A stretch of DNA of 64,000 nucleotides, from assembly GCF_006345805.1 (NCBI RefSeq), contig NC_042999.1:50840001-50904000 (forward strand). Reading direction: 5' to 3'. Positions 24,580 through 38,500 of this stretch are shown in pieces. Position 1 is the first letter of the stretch. Each line of letters begins with the position of its first letter. Source of the stretch: Octopus sinensis (taxonomy: Eukaryota). The notes under the pieces were generated by a model. It made no database searches, was not told the DNA's origin, and was given only the letters and a program-made list of their open reading frames with translations. A program made the position numbers and the translations under genes.

Positions 24580-24960
24580 ATGTGGAGGCAGTCACTACAA
24601 TTTCCAGACCTTGTGGCTTGTGTTCCTCAATGACCCAGAGAGCTATGCCAGTGGGGCACAAGTTCCTCATAGGGCCTTCCATACTGGACAGGTAAACTGA
24701 CAGAGGTTAGACCAATATGTACCATCTCTTCCCAGAGATAAAAATGGGTTTGTGTCAGGCAAACATCCCATACCTAGGAATAAACAAAGTAACAGAAGCA
24801 TGAATGACAATTCAAAACCAATAAGTCATGAAAGAAGAAACATATGCTCACAAGGGAAGCGGAAAAGAGGATGCCCTAAAAATAGTTTGAGATAGGATGC
24901 TAAGGCAGAGTTGAAAAGGCATGGATCCAGCTGTAGAGAAGTAGACATGGCAGCCATATT
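24580..24960 (+). mobile_element. Possible decayed RTE-like LINE 5' UTR and 3' pieces
   Basis: CTATGCCAGTGG...TAGGGCCTTCCATACTGGACAGGT pattern resembles RTE 5' UTRs; later a GKRKRGCPK-like basic stretch. Recognised from memory only. Confidence 0.35.
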
Positions 24961-25447
24961 CAAGAGCAGTGGAAAAAGAAGACTTTTGAAAGATAATACC
25001 AAGTGAAATTGGTAGAACTGTATACATGTTCAATCAAATGCAGACATCTTGTGTATCTAGTTCTTCAAATTATATTTGCTATGACGATCATACTGAAGAG
25101 CTACAGACAATTACATAGGTAATTTACGTAAGTGTTAATAGTGAAACTAGTTTATGATTAATCTATATATTGCTTCTTTTCATTTGTCTTGCTTGCTTAC
25201 ATTCTGATGTTTGCTAAATTCTCTTGAGAACATTCCTTTCTTAGTGGTAAGACCATAGTGGATCTACTTCTAGCATAAAGGATGTCCACGTAGTGGCCAT
25301 CCCTTTTATATGTATGTAATATAATTTTTCTGAACCTTCAGATTTTAATATGCTAGACCACTGGTTTTAAATTGATATTAATCAAATTAATATTCAAATT
25401 TTCACCCTTATTTTAAATTTATATATATATATATATACATATATATG

Positions 25448-25845
25448 TGCTTGGGCCTCATGGAGGCACTGCCCAAGACTTTTGGCATTATGTCATGCTT
25501 GAGAAGAAGACCCATCAAACTGAGTAAAATTGTAGTTGTGGCAGATGCAGGTGTCACGCCAAATGGCACCCATGCCAATGACACATAAATGCACCCTGGT
25601 GTCATGCAAATGACAACCGTGCTGGTGGCATGCAAAAGTACCCATTACACTCTTGGAGTGGTTGGTGTTAAGAAGGGCATCCAACGATAGAAGACCATGC
25701 CAAAATCAAACCGGAGTCTGGTGCAGCCTTCCAGCATGCCAACCCAGTCAAAGCGTCCAACCCATGCCAGCATGGACAAAACACGTTAAATGATGATGAT
25801 GGTGGTGGTGATGGCGGTGGTGGTTATGGTGGTGGTGGTGGTGGT
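25448..25845 (+). mobile_element. RTE LINE 3' end with GAT/GGT tail
   Basis: Homologous to 9470-9786; begins after (TA)n. Confidence 0.78.
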
Positions 25846-26736
25846 GTGTGTGTGTGTGCTTATATTCTGGTATGTTTGTTTATATGTGTGTAGATGTGTT
25901 TGCGTCTGTTTAAGTGCATGGATATATATTTAAATTTGTATATTTAAATAGGCAGGTGTGTTTGCATTTATATTGTTATTTATATTTATGTTCATTTATA
26001 AGTAAAATCTATAAATATCTAAGTAAGCATGTGTGTGTAAGTATATATATAATTATATACACACACATATACACACACACATGTATATGTGTGTGTACAG
26101 ATGAATGTGCTTGTATAGGTGTGTATCTGCAAAGGATTTACTCTGTATATATATACATGCACATATGTGTGTGTGTCTGTATCTACATGTATCTATATGT
26201 GTCTATAGGTATACAGATGTATGTGTGTGTGCACTAATGTTTGTCTCTGTTTAGAGAGTGGTTCTGTATTTTTTTTAGTATGTCAATGTTTATGTGTGTT
26301 AGCTTCTATGTAAATGCATTGTTTTGATTTCCCTAAAGTTCATTGAGATAGAAAGCATTTTGATATGTAGTTAGGAAATGTGATTAAAATTAAGGTCCAT
26401 AAGATCTTTTGATCCTACTTGAAAATTATTGTAGTCAATACAATCTCTTGGTTTAATCTTTCTATCTTCAGTTATCTGTTCCCTATTGAATTCATTTATA
26501 TTTACTATAGCTAATTTACATCTTCTCTTTATCCCTTCCTGTTTTTTGTCAATATTAACGATGGTCAATTCTCTGAACTTAGATCTAGCATCTTAATTGA
26601 TATAAACCAACATATATTTATTTTTGCTGACCATGCGAGCATGGAAGGCAGATGTTAAACAATGATGATGATGATGATGATGATGATGGTACCAAGCTAA
26701 TTTTATCTAGTCTCAGTCTTCCATACATTGTATATA

Positions 26737-27248
26737 CCATAAATCCTCGAATATAATCTGCATTTTTTTCCCAAAATCTAAAGGTCAAAATCCCTAGTGC
26801 ATACTATATATGAGGTGAAAAATGAAAATTATTTTCTAAGCAATGTCTGAGTCTCGATTTGCTGTCTGGAAATGTTTATACCGATGTATTTTGTGATGTC
26901 AGGCACGAAAATACCTTAAGCTAAGCCTGAAAGCAATGAAGTCATAAAAGAATCATCAATAACTTGCAGTAAGCAACATTTATTAAATGTTATTACTGTT
27001 ATTTCTTTATTTTCTGCAAACAAAATGAACAAAAAAGCTACACGTTTACATTATGTTATATATACAATAATAATAAAGGACGTTATTGTATACATTTTTA
27101 CAAACCAAGGACATTATTTAGACCTCTTTGGCTCAAGTTAGAGAAGGGGTGTGTATTATATACAACATTTAGGTTTTTCAGAGGTACAGCCCTTTAAAAA
27201 TCCCCTGCATATTATACTGAAGAGCTGACTATACTTAAGGGTTTACGG
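26737..27248. mobile_element. Tc2/pogo-type MITE with TA TSD
   Basis: TA|CCATAAATCCTCGAATATA ... TATACTTAAGGGTTTACGG|TA imperfect TIRs; non-coding interior. Confidence 0.7.
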
Positions 27249-29509
27249 TATAAAGAGAAAATTTTGTAAGTATGCACAGAGTAGAAGCATTTGGTGCAAT
27301 CATGATGTTTTAGTGATCTGATGAATTAGCTTTCTGTATCTGCATTGATTTGTAAATATACATGCCTATTGTACAATGCCTAGCATGCATATTAGTGCAT
27401 ACATGTAAGCATAATTTATTCAACACTGAAATTATTATTACCTGAAGAGGGCTGTGAAACAGCTGTAATCCTAAGGATGACAAGTGTTAAAATAGATATA
27501 TTCACCTCCCATATTTCCTGACTTTTTATGATTTATGTATGAATGTATGTATGTGTGTATGCACTAACTCTGTTTCAACTGTTAACCTCAAATAACCACC
27601 CATCCAAATAAACGCCCATGGGCGATGTAATGGATAGGTGGATTTTTGGAAAACCCTGGTAATTTCATCTGCATGTTGACAGTGGTTGAATACTTGTATA
27701 GAGATGTTTTATTTTAAATGAAATACATAGTATTTGAATTTTCTGGTGAATTCTATTTGCAAAATAATTAAAAATTAAAACAAAAAAAAATTTAGAAAAA
27801 TTTAGAATGCTAAATTTTTCCAGTCTTTTGTTTTGGCATGTGTGTATGTGTGTGTGTGTGTTCACATGCATGTCAGTTTCTGTGTATTTGTTTCCATTTG
27901 CACTGTTTCAAAAATCCTTGAGTTATAAGGTGTGAGGTTATTTACATTTCTCTTTCTTTCTATCAAATTCATCAAGATTTTGGTCAGCCCCAGACTAGAG
28001 TAAAAGAAACTTGCTTAAGGTGCTATGAAGTGGGATTAAACTGAAAACCAGGTGGTTAAGAAGAGAATTTCTTAACCATACAGCCATGCCTAAAGATTAA
28101 CAAACAGCAGTATATTAATTATACATACCACCTGATACTGAGAATCACAATAATGAAACTAATAACCAATCAAGCTTGGTTTAAATCTGAGCATTTTTAT
28201 TCAGCTAAAATATTATATCTGTGAAGCGAGACATAAAAACATGAAAGACAGAGACACATTTATATCTGCTTATTAACTGTATTTCTTACATAACAATATT
28301 CAATATTAAACATTAAACAAATAACCATTGAAAACTAAGACATTCTTCAATGTCTCTGACTCCATCTCGTTAATGATCTGTTCAAACGTAGCATGTAATT
28401 GATAGAAATTCTCAAACAAGAACAAACAACATATGCATATTCATTTACTTTCGTTTCTGAAACGATTCCTTTAGAATTTTAAATCTCTCGTCTGATCTTT
28501 AATTCTTGATAGTGAATCTGCTATTCATTAATAATAAATTAAACAGGAAAATCAACAAAATATATAAATGTAAAAGTTGTGTTAAAAGTATGAAATTCAT
28601 TAAACAGAAAAAGATCTACTAAAAGATACAAACTTATCCTGTTCTTACAATCAATGTTGAAGTCAACTAGAAATAAGACATTGCAGATTTTTCTAGGTAC
28701 CTTATTTGTTATATTTACATCTATCAAAACAGCTTGTTATTCACTGAAAGGTGAAGGTCACATACAGATTATTCTTCAGGAGTGTATTTTCTGTTTACTT
28801 CTAATATATAAGATATAATCAAAAATATTTCAAATGTAATCCATCAAGCTTAGGTTTTACTAAAATTTTTGAAAGCAAATGTCTGCCTGACAGCATGTGA
28901 TACTAATTAAAATGACATACAAAACTTACTTGCTTTTATCTCTTACCATAAATTTAATATTTTTCAATAACACTTAAATATTACAGACAGTAATCATCAG
29001 TAATCTCTATTTACATATCACATTGTTTTCCACATTGTTTTTTTTTCCAATCAAATAAAATGGAATAATTTTAAGTATTGCAACAGAATGATATTTTTTT
29101 CTTTTTACAATTTGCTGTTTTTGTGAATTTCATTCTCCGAGAAGATCAAATAAAAACCATTAACATGATATATTTTAGACTGTCAGAAGCATTCTCAACA
29201 TCCCATACAGAATGATTTACTAAGACTTAGATTTTTTTAACCTAATTATTATTCAAATTGGTCATCGTGTAAATTAATATATATCACAGATACAAGAAAT
29301 GTTTTAGACATGATAATACATTTTACACATTTAGGTGTAAGTGTGGCTTACCATCCATGTGATCATAGGTTCAGCCCCAGTCTGTGTACCTTTGACCAAG
29401 TGTCTTCCACTATAGACCTTGGCCAACCATATATATGTATGTGTGCATGTGTATGTGTGTGTGTATGTCTGTAAATATATGTGCTTTTGTGTGTAGCTTT
29501 GTTTGGGCA

Positions 29510-29835
29510 GTGAAGGCATGTGGCTTACTAGTTAGGGTACTCAGCTCATGATCACAAGGTTGTGAGTTCAATTCCCAGCGACACATTGTGTCCTTGAGCA
29601 AGACACTTTATTTCACATTGCTTGAGTCCACTCAGCTGACAAAAAAGTGAAGTACCTGTAGTTCAATGGGCCAGCCTTGTCACATCCTGTGTCACACTGA
29701 ATCTCCTTGAGAACTACGTTAAGGGTAAACATGTCTGTGGAGTGTTCATCCACTAGCACATTAATTTCATGTGCAGGCTGTTCCATTGATTGGATCAACT
29801 GGGACCCTCATCAGTGAAACCAACAGAATGCCAGT
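29510..29835 (+). mobile_element. tRNA-derived SINE (family C-related head, distinct tail)
   Basis: GTGAAGGCATGTGGCTT...GAGTTCAATTCC...CCTTGAGCAAGACACTT; provides the empty site for the 18299 mariner. Confidence 0.75.
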
Positions 29836-30493
29836 GTCTTGGCATCATGTGATGATTGTAAACGAGCATCACTGTTATACAAGCATTCTTTTCCATTTTC
29901 TATGAAATGCATGTCTGGCCATGAGGAAATACTATTTTGCTTCAAAACAGGTGAGGGTTGGGGACAGGAGGGACATCCAGTTGTAGAAAATCTGCCTCAA
30001 CAAATTCTATCTGACCCATGCAAGCAACGTAAAGTGCACATCTAATGATGATGATGATGATGATGATATGGAATTTTAGGTCCCTTTTCAAGATGGAATT
30101 TTAAACACTATTGGATAATTAATTTTCTTCAAACGAAGAAAACCTCAAGTAACTTCATATTTTAATCACATCAGAATATTGCTGCTTCTGTTGTTTAGGT
30201 CCAAGTCAGCTCTGATTAATTGGATCTTTCAACGGACCTTTCATTAAAGGCGTGTTAACTGTAAGCGTCCAGCCTTTTTGTATGTTGGGGGCTAAACTGT
30301 CCAACGTATCCTTCCACTTATGCTTTTTGAGAAATTATTTTCGAAAGTGGTTGGCGTTAAGAAGGGCTTCAAGCCAGTACTCTGACCTACTGAGGAGGAC
30401 AATAATTTTGAATAAGAATTGACTTGGGACATGACAACCCATCCAATCTATACCAGCAAGGGAAGAGGATGTAAATGATAATGATGGTGATGA

Positions 30494-30544
<51 letters not shown>

Positions 30545-30660
30545 TACATATATAAATATATATATAATAAGGGTAAGATTAATTGATTAGTAATTAATAA
30601 TTTTACCAAGCAGTGTTCAGTATGTAAAGACCAATAATGGTATATTTAAAACATTACTTT

Positions 30661-30807
30661 ATATAATTAGGGTTCAGCAAAAAAATTTACTTTAACACAC
30701 ACCGAACTTTTAGAAATAGCAGCCAAAGAATTTAAAATTCTTTGACTGCTATTTCTAAAAGTTCGGTGTGTGGTAAAGTAAATTTTTTTGCTGAACCCTA
30801 ATTATAT
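30661..30807. repeat. Near-perfect 73-bp-arm hairpin with essentially no loop
   Basis: 30661-30733 is the reverse complement of 30735-30807 with 2 visible mismatches; sits among (TA)n runs. Confidence 0.92.
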
Positions 30808-30910
30808 ATATATATATATATATCAATCCTTAAAACCCTTAAAAATGTTTTAGCCCGAAGGCCGTGGCCATGCTGGGGCACCACCGCTGAGTGGTATATA
30901 TATATACATA

Positions 30911-31328
30911 TCTTTTATCTGTTTCAATCATTAGACTGCAGCCATTCTGGGACACCAGCTTGAAGAACTTTTTAGCCAAATGAATCAACCCCAGTACTTT
31001 ATTTTGTTTTATTTTCTTAAGCCTGGTACTTACTCTATCAATCTGTTTTTGCTGAACCACTAAGTTTCAGAAACATAAACACACTGCACCAGTTGTTAAG
31101 TGGTAATGGGACATAAACACAAACACACACACACATACACAGGTATATACGTATATATATATATGACAGACTTCTTTCAGTTTCCATCAACCAAATCCAT
31201 TCACAAGGCTTTGGTCAGCCCAAGGCTATAGAAGAAGACACTTGCCCAAGATGCCATGCAGTAGGACTGAACCTGAAACCATGTGGTTGGAAAGCAAGCT
31301 TCTTACCACACAGCAATACCTGTACCTA
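30911..31328 (-). mobile_element. SINE family B (diverged)
   Basis: Head, CORE-like domain, microsatellite and tail on the minus strand. Confidence 0.8.
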
Positions 31329-31974
31329 TACAGACACATACACACACACACTCACATACACATTATGTGTTTCCACACAGTTTCTTTCTAGAATATTTTG
31401 CTTACAAGGTATTGGTCAATATGTGGCTATGATAGTGGACACTTGCACCAGAGTGATACTAACCCCAGAACCATGCTTGCAAAGTTAACATCTGAATCAC
31501 AGAGATATGCCTGCACTCACAATGCAGTAGAAAATTTTTTATTTAATTTTCAAACTAAGACAGCGCAGTATCTTCCTCTTTATCATCATCAAAATCATTT
31601 TTTTATCTGATTTCCCATGCTAGCAAGCATTACACAAGACTTTTTGAGCCAGTGTTTTATAACCATATACCTTTCTTGAAGCCAACATAAATACAGTTTT
31701 CTAATAAATGTTATAGATTTCTCCATCCAATAAAAAATTCAAAAAATAAAATGTTTATATCTCTCATCAGACGCATTTCTAAATTTTGCTTAAAATTTAA
31801 TAATGATTGATTGTGCTGCTCTGTGCATAACAGTACTGAAGGCTTATAAAAGTAGAAATTTTATAAAATTATAAAGGTGTGTCTTTTCATTTTTTCTTGT
31901 ATGCATCTGTCATTAGTTGACAGGAGAATATTTTTTTGTGGCTATGAAATAATAATAATAATAATAATAATAAT

Positions 31975-32385
31975 AAAGCTTTTGATAGTCTATCACATAG
32001 CTGGATTAAGAAATGTCTGGAAATGTATGAAATAGCACCTACTCCACAAAATTTCTTGTCTGTAAGTATGAGATCATGGAGAACCATACTGACTTTGAAC
32101 AGTGACAATGAATCTCTCAATGCTGGAGATGTAAGAATTTCGTGTGGCATTTTCCAAGGTGACCCTCTATCACTACTCCTCTTTTGTCTAACCTTATTAC
32201 CTCTCTCAAAATTTCTTGATGATGTGCAATATGGCTATAAAATGTTTGATAAAATTATAAATCATCTCTTTTACATGGATGCTTTAAAGCTCTTTGCAAA
32301 AAATGACCAACAACTACAGAGCTTACTAGCAATTGTTAAACAATTCACTGATAACATCGGGATGCAATTTGGCCTCAATAAATGT
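31975..32385 (+). pseudogene. Dong/R4-like non-LTR reverse transcriptase fragment
   Basis: KAFDSLSHSWIKKCL...GIFQGDPLSLLLFCL...INHLFYMDALKLFAK...IGMQFGLNKC (YMDD motif decayed to YMDA); directly follows (AAT)n. Confidence 0.85.
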
Positions 32386-33100
32386 ATCAGAGAAAGGTTA
32401 ACAGGGAAAACAGTTTTTGTGTGTGAAAGATGCACAGGTAGAATAAACACCACAAATGTGCAGAAAATAGATTCCATCAAGCACTAGGGGTGAAAGTTAG
32501 AGTTAGTTGATAGTTTCCATTATCTAGGTGACCAAGACACTTGTGGAGGTGGATGCAAGTATAAGAATAGGTTGGGCAAAATTCAGAGAGCTCCTACCTC
32601 TGTTGGTAACAAAGAGCCCCTCCCTCAGAATGAAAGGCAGACGGTATGATACCAGTCTCTGAACAGCTATGCTACATAGCAGTGAAACATGGGTTGTGAC
32701 TGCTAAGGACATGCATAGGCATGTAAGAAATGCTGGTGTGCTTCGCTGGATATATAATGTCAGTGTGCATGTATGACAGAGTGTTAGCGTCTTGAGAGAA
32801 AAGTTGGGCATAAGAAGCATCAGATGTGATGTGCAAGAGAGACAACTGCATTGGTATAGTCATGTGATGCATATGGACGAGCACAGATGTGTAAAGAAGC
32901 ACTGTTAGATGTCTAACTTTGGAGGGAACCTGTGGAAGCGGTAAACCCAGGAAGACATGGGATGAAGTGATGAAACATCTTTGAACATTAGGCCCCACAG
33001 AGGTGATGACAAGTGATCAAGACCTCTGGCAATATGCTGTGTATGAGAAAACTTCTCATGCCAAGCGAAATAGTAGCTGTGGCCATGCTGGTGTCAGGTA
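32386..33100 (+). pseudogene. RTE-clade LINE C-terminal fragment
   Basis: LELVDSFHYLGD, RIGWAKFRELLPLL, AMLHSSETW, LREKLGIRSI, LHWYSHVMHM, GKPRKTWDEV, with stops and frameshifts. Confidence 0.85.
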
Positions 33101-34434
33101 AATGGCACCCATGCATCATAGCATGGTCATTGATGGTACCATGTAAATGAAACCCATGAATTGTAGTCGTAGTCATAGTCATTGATGGTGTCAAGTAAAT
33201 GGCACCCGAGAATCGTGGTTGTTGGTGGTGCCATGTGAATGGTACCTGTGAGTTGTGGTCATTGCCAGTGCCATGGAAAACTATAGTGGCTTAGAAGTAA
33301 TTTCACACTCTTGAAAACCCTGGAACTCCAATACCAGGTCCGCACAACCAGATGCAGCTCAAAGTCATACTCAGAATGCATGTGTGTGTGTGTGAGATCA
33401 CCATTATCATTGTCATTGTTTTACATCCACTTTCCACGGTGACACAGGACAGAAAGATTACCATATCCAAGTCAGGTACACATTCAGAGCAACCCACTCC
33501 TATGCATAGCTGTATACATATGACCATCGGCAAAGGATGTAAACAATAGCAAACAAACTGGAATGAAACAACAGTGTGTGTTGAGTGAAATCCTTTGTGA
33601 TAGTTGTTCTGCAACAAGTTACATGCACTCTCCTTTTCATCCTTTAGCATTTAGATTACTCTTTGAAACATAATACTTATTACATTCACATTGTTTTGTA
33701 TTAATCATGAATTATCTTACAGCTTTGAGATTCTGATGACGTGATTGCTTTATTTTTAGAATGGCATTGTAGGTAAGGTGTGAGAGGCCATATCTGGCCA
33801 GTTTGAACATAAATCAGATAGAATATTTGGGCCAGATACAGCCAGTGTGAATGCTAAAGGGTTAATACAGTGAACCAGAGAATGATCTGTTGAAAACTTG
33901 TAATGAACAATGCTATTGTGCACCAATTTCAATATAAAATATTAATAAACACCCTGTTTAACAATTCTACACCAAATGGCAGCCATTTTGTTGAAAAAAA
34001 AAATGAATGTCACTACTCCAGTTTTGTTACCTCTTGAGGATACAAATGCCTATAAGTCAAGCAGAAATGAGATAACTGATATTTGATGTTTATTGTTTTG
34101 CTTATGGGTGAAATGAATTACTACATTTTTTTTAATCACTTAGAATAATAATAGAGTTTTGAATAGGGAAGCAGTATGGTTTTCCATCCATAAACCAGAC
34201 GTCTCGTTAACACAATTTCCAGTCCACTTCAGAACACTGAAAACACAGTTGATATTCTCCTATTAGTCAACACACATGGTTGTTCTATTGGTTAAGATGC
34301 CTTGCTCATAATCTTAAGATTGTGGGTTCAGTTCCTTGACCAGAGGGCATGTTTGTCATTGAGTGAGGTACTTCTTTTCAAACTGCTCCAGTCTACTCAG
34401 CTGTAAATGAGAACCAACCCAAGTGCTGTTGTTG

Positions 34435-34494
<60 letters not shown>

Positions 34495-34697
34495 TTCTCT
34501 CTCTCGCTGTCATATCCTCATTGTTTCCCTGGGTCAAGGGTGGGAGTACCAAAAGGAGTGTCTATGTCTGCGCACAACTATATAGACACCTAAAACAATC
34601 AGCAAAATCATGGTACATGTTTGCTAAGTCATACACACATATACATATCCACACACACATATATATATACACACATACAAGTGCATATATACATATA

Positions 34698-34930
34698 AAG
34701 GCGGCGAGCTGGCAAAAACGTTAGCACGCCGGGCGAAATGTGTAGCTGTATTTCATCTGCTGTTACGTTCTGAGTTCAAATTCCGCCGAGGTCGACTTTG
34801 CCTTTCATCCTTTCGGGGTCGATAAATTAAGTACTAGTTACGCACTGGGGTCGATGTAATCGACTTAATCCATTTGTCTGTCCTTGTTTGTCTTCTCTGT
34901 GTTTAGCCCCTTGTGGGTAGTAAAGAAATA
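34698..34930 (+). mobile_element. SINE family A monomer
   Basis: Full head-to-tail match to 24305-24537; lies in a TA/CA microsatellite. Confidence 0.88.
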
Positions 34931-35104
34931 TATATACATATGGTGATGGAAGATAGAAGATACCAAAATTTTTATCAATAATGCCAATTGTTTTGATGCA
35001 TCGAGCATCAATCCTTCATGGGTGGGATACTTAACAACTGGCTCAGAAGCATCCGACAGTGCTAGGTCTCTAGCGGTTCATAACCCTGTATTGTTAATTA
35101 TTTT

Positions 35105-35385
35105 AATGTGTCATTACTAGCATGTCTATATTTGCTGAGTAATTCCTTCCTAATCATAGATTTATATAACTCATTATTAACAATGTAAATATTACTTGTT
35201 TTGTCTGCTGTTACAAGTATCCCTGGAGCTTTCTTGAAATCAATTCATTTTCTGATTTTCTGCTGATGTATATTGTACCCTCTAGGGTATTTCCAGAACT
35301 TCACGTTCTTAACCATACTATATAACTCCTCTTCAAATCTGGTTAGGCGTTGGTTAGTCAGTGGGTTCCTCCTAGATTTGAATAC
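35105..35385 (-). pseudogene. Penelope-like element RT N-terminal fragment
   Basis: FKSRRNPLTNQRLTRFEEELYSMVKNVKF...QQKIRK*IDFKKAPGILVTADKTSNIYIVNNELYKSMI; ADKT-N-Y corresponds to the PLE DK(G/T) motif region. Confidence 0.65.
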
Positions 35386-37169
35386 TTTTCTTAGCAGGTT
35401 GCCATTTTGAGGTTTGTCATTTGATTTAACTTTTCAGCGAAAGAAGAAAGCTTTCCACCACATTCTTCATATTTATACACACACATACGCACACAAATAT
35501 ATATATACATATATATACACTTACAAATATGTGTGTGTGTGTGTAAAATACACACACATACACACACACAATGGGCTTCTGCATAGTTTCTTTCTACCAA
35601 ATCCATTTACATGTAATAAGTCAGTTCAAATCTTCAACGAAAAATAGTAGCTCAAGGTGTGCAGTGGGACTGAAACTGAAACCTTATGCTTGCAAAGCAA
35701 ACCACTTAACCTCATAGCTATGCCTGCATCTATGCTTCACCTTGCATCCAGTACTTATGCATTGAACAGAACAGCCATGTCTGAACTTGTATACATTTAA
35801 CAGAACTAAAAATATTATTTTATATGCAACTATAAACTTTCCATTGAAGCATGATCGAATGAGACTTATTTTTACCTATTTGTCTAATAAAGAGTTAAAA
35901 ATAATACAGTGGCCGTTACTAACACAAATATACTATTTAGAACATAATATATTACTTTGAATATCTATAAAGTAGATGACAAGAAAAATCACTGATGCAT
36001 TATTTTGAAGTGAGAAAGAAAAGGTAAATGTTTGCTGACGAACAATCGTATCATATTTAAAGTGAACCAGTATAAGTATTAATTCTATGTCAGTTTTAAT
36101 GAAAAGATGAAATATCTAATACTTTCTGAAAGCTGCATATATGGCTTATGTTTTGCACAAGGGAGGTTGAACATGAGATAATAAAGGATACATCTTGATA
36201 TCAGTAGAGATACAGTCTCCTGCCATTTGCAGTAGGTTGCAGGAACAATAGACAAATAAATAAATAAATAAATAAATAACTTGTGGTCATTGACTGTATA
36301 TAAACAAGGACTGTAAATATTGACTACCATTTTATAAATATTATAAAATGGACATTAAAACTGCTTGTTTTTATAACTTCCACCCTACCTTACCCTAATC
36401 AATGGCTACCTTCTTTTGATATTTAAAGCTGAAACTTGTTTCGAAAACCCACTGGACATTTTCACAGCATTTTAAGATAATCAATAACCACTTAGCAAAC
36501 TCATAGTAAATTCCAGGCTCATGCAAAATTTAAGATATGTTTTATTGATTTTGATAGAATGTTTTTATAGTATTTCAAATGGTATTTCATTTGGCCTCAT
36601 CAAAAAGAGGCCAAATAATTCTGGAAACTGGAATATCTTTGACTTTTCTTTTTGTTGTTGTTGTTACTGTTGTTTATGGAATTTGAGCAAATTCCCTTGG
36701 CTCAGTCTTTTGTGCTGTTGTTATTGTTTATTGTTTATACACATGTGCATTCCCACGCACACACATACATTCGCATACATTCTAAGTGTCCCTGATCTAA
36801 AACAGATCTACTGATCAAAGGTATCGTGACCTTTATTTTCAAGGTCAGTATGTTTAAAACTACACTATCATGCACTTACTTCCTCCTGTAAGTTGAAGAT
36901 GAGCTTCTTTAATCCACATCTCAGTTCACTCACCAGCCACTTTACAGGGAGTAATCCAGATGGACTTACAGTACTCCCCGCTCCGCCAACAAATGTGGAG
37001 TTGCCACACACTCTTAAGATTTCAGTATCACTACCACTCTGTAAAGTGTTTGTTCACTTAGAATTATGAGTTGAGGAAGGAGCAAGAAAATGAAAGTAGA
37101 AACAGAAGAAAAAGAGATGAGAGAGAGATTGAAGGGTTGAGAGTGATGGTTAGTAATAGAAGTGAATAA

Positions 37170-37480
37170 ATAAAAACATGCTTGTAAATCGGGATATATT
37201 GTCTTACATTGGAAAGTGGATGGTAAAATTTTTCTCGCGTACGTGTAGTTTCGATGGCAACAGCTGATGTACTTGCGCATACAAATTCACGTTCCCACGG
37301 CTTTATCAATCGCATTCTCACCTGGAATCGATTTTTGTAATTTTTTCAAGACTGACTTATACACACCCTGATACCGTCGTTATCTACATATCAAATTTGA
37401 GTGCAATTGGATGGAGGATGCCCAAGATCCTAGAAGACACACACACATACAGACAGACAGAACGGATTTTATATAATAGA
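37170..37480 (-). mobile_element. Non-autonomous Helitron-like element, 5' portion
   Basis: Minus strand begins A|TCTATTATATAAAATCCGTTCTGTCTGTCTG; CpG-richer interior; no 3' CTAG end found. Confidence 0.5.
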
Positions 37481-37769
37481 TACATGTACAGTTTCTGCTA
37501 CCAAATTTCACACACAGGGTATTGGTAAACTCAAGAATATTGTAGAAGACACTTGCTCAATGTACCATGCAGTGGTATTGAACTTGAGACAACATGATTG
37601 CAAATCAAATTACTTTAACACACAACAATGTCTGCACCTGCTATATTATAAGAGATGTGGGCATTATATATATATAAGCAGCTATATTAAATGTGTGTGT
37701 GTGTGCATGTGTCTGTGCGTGCATGTGTGTGTGCATATATGCATGTTTGTGCATGTGTATAAGGAAAAC

Positions 37770-37811
<42 letters not shown>

Positions 37812-37984
37812 TAGACAGGACAGCAGAACAAAGACCATTATTCTTAGACAATCATCCACGGCTTGGTAGTGTATGTAGCATGAATCCATACCAATGGGAA
37901 GTATCATATTGCCAAGAGATTCCAAGCATTCATTCATTTGTCTCCGTAACATAGCTTTACTCAAATAGTGAAGGCAAAAATGAA

Positions 37985-38172
37985 TAGATAGATAGAGAGA
38001 GAGAGAGAGGGATAAATAGGTAGACATATAGAGGCATAGATTGATAGATAGAGAGAGAGAGAGAGAGAGAGATAGATAGATAGATAGATAAATAGAAAGA
38101 GAGAGAGAGGGAGAGAGAGAGATAGGTAGAGAGATAGACAGACAGATATATATATATAGATAGATAGATAGG

Positions 38173-38232
<60 letters not shown>

Positions 38233-38380
38233 GAGATTTATAGATAGAGAGGGATAGGTAGAGAGATAGACAGACAGATAGACAGACAGATATATAGAAA
38301 GATAGATAGATAGATAGATAGATATATAGAGAGATAGATAGATAGATAAACAGATAGAAAGAGAGAGAGAGAGATTGAGG

Positions 38381-38476
<96 letters not shown>

Positions 38477-38500
38477 GGGAGGGAGGGAGGGAGGGAGAAG
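37985..38500. repeat. Compound (GATA)/(GACA)/(GA)n microsatellite
   Basis: Long tetranucleotide mosaic. Confidence 0.95.

Noticed and set aside
27436-27470. CTGAAGAG...GAAACAGCTGTA hammerhead-like motif
   Set aside because: Stem II cannot form and stem I partners are missing; at best a dead remnant.
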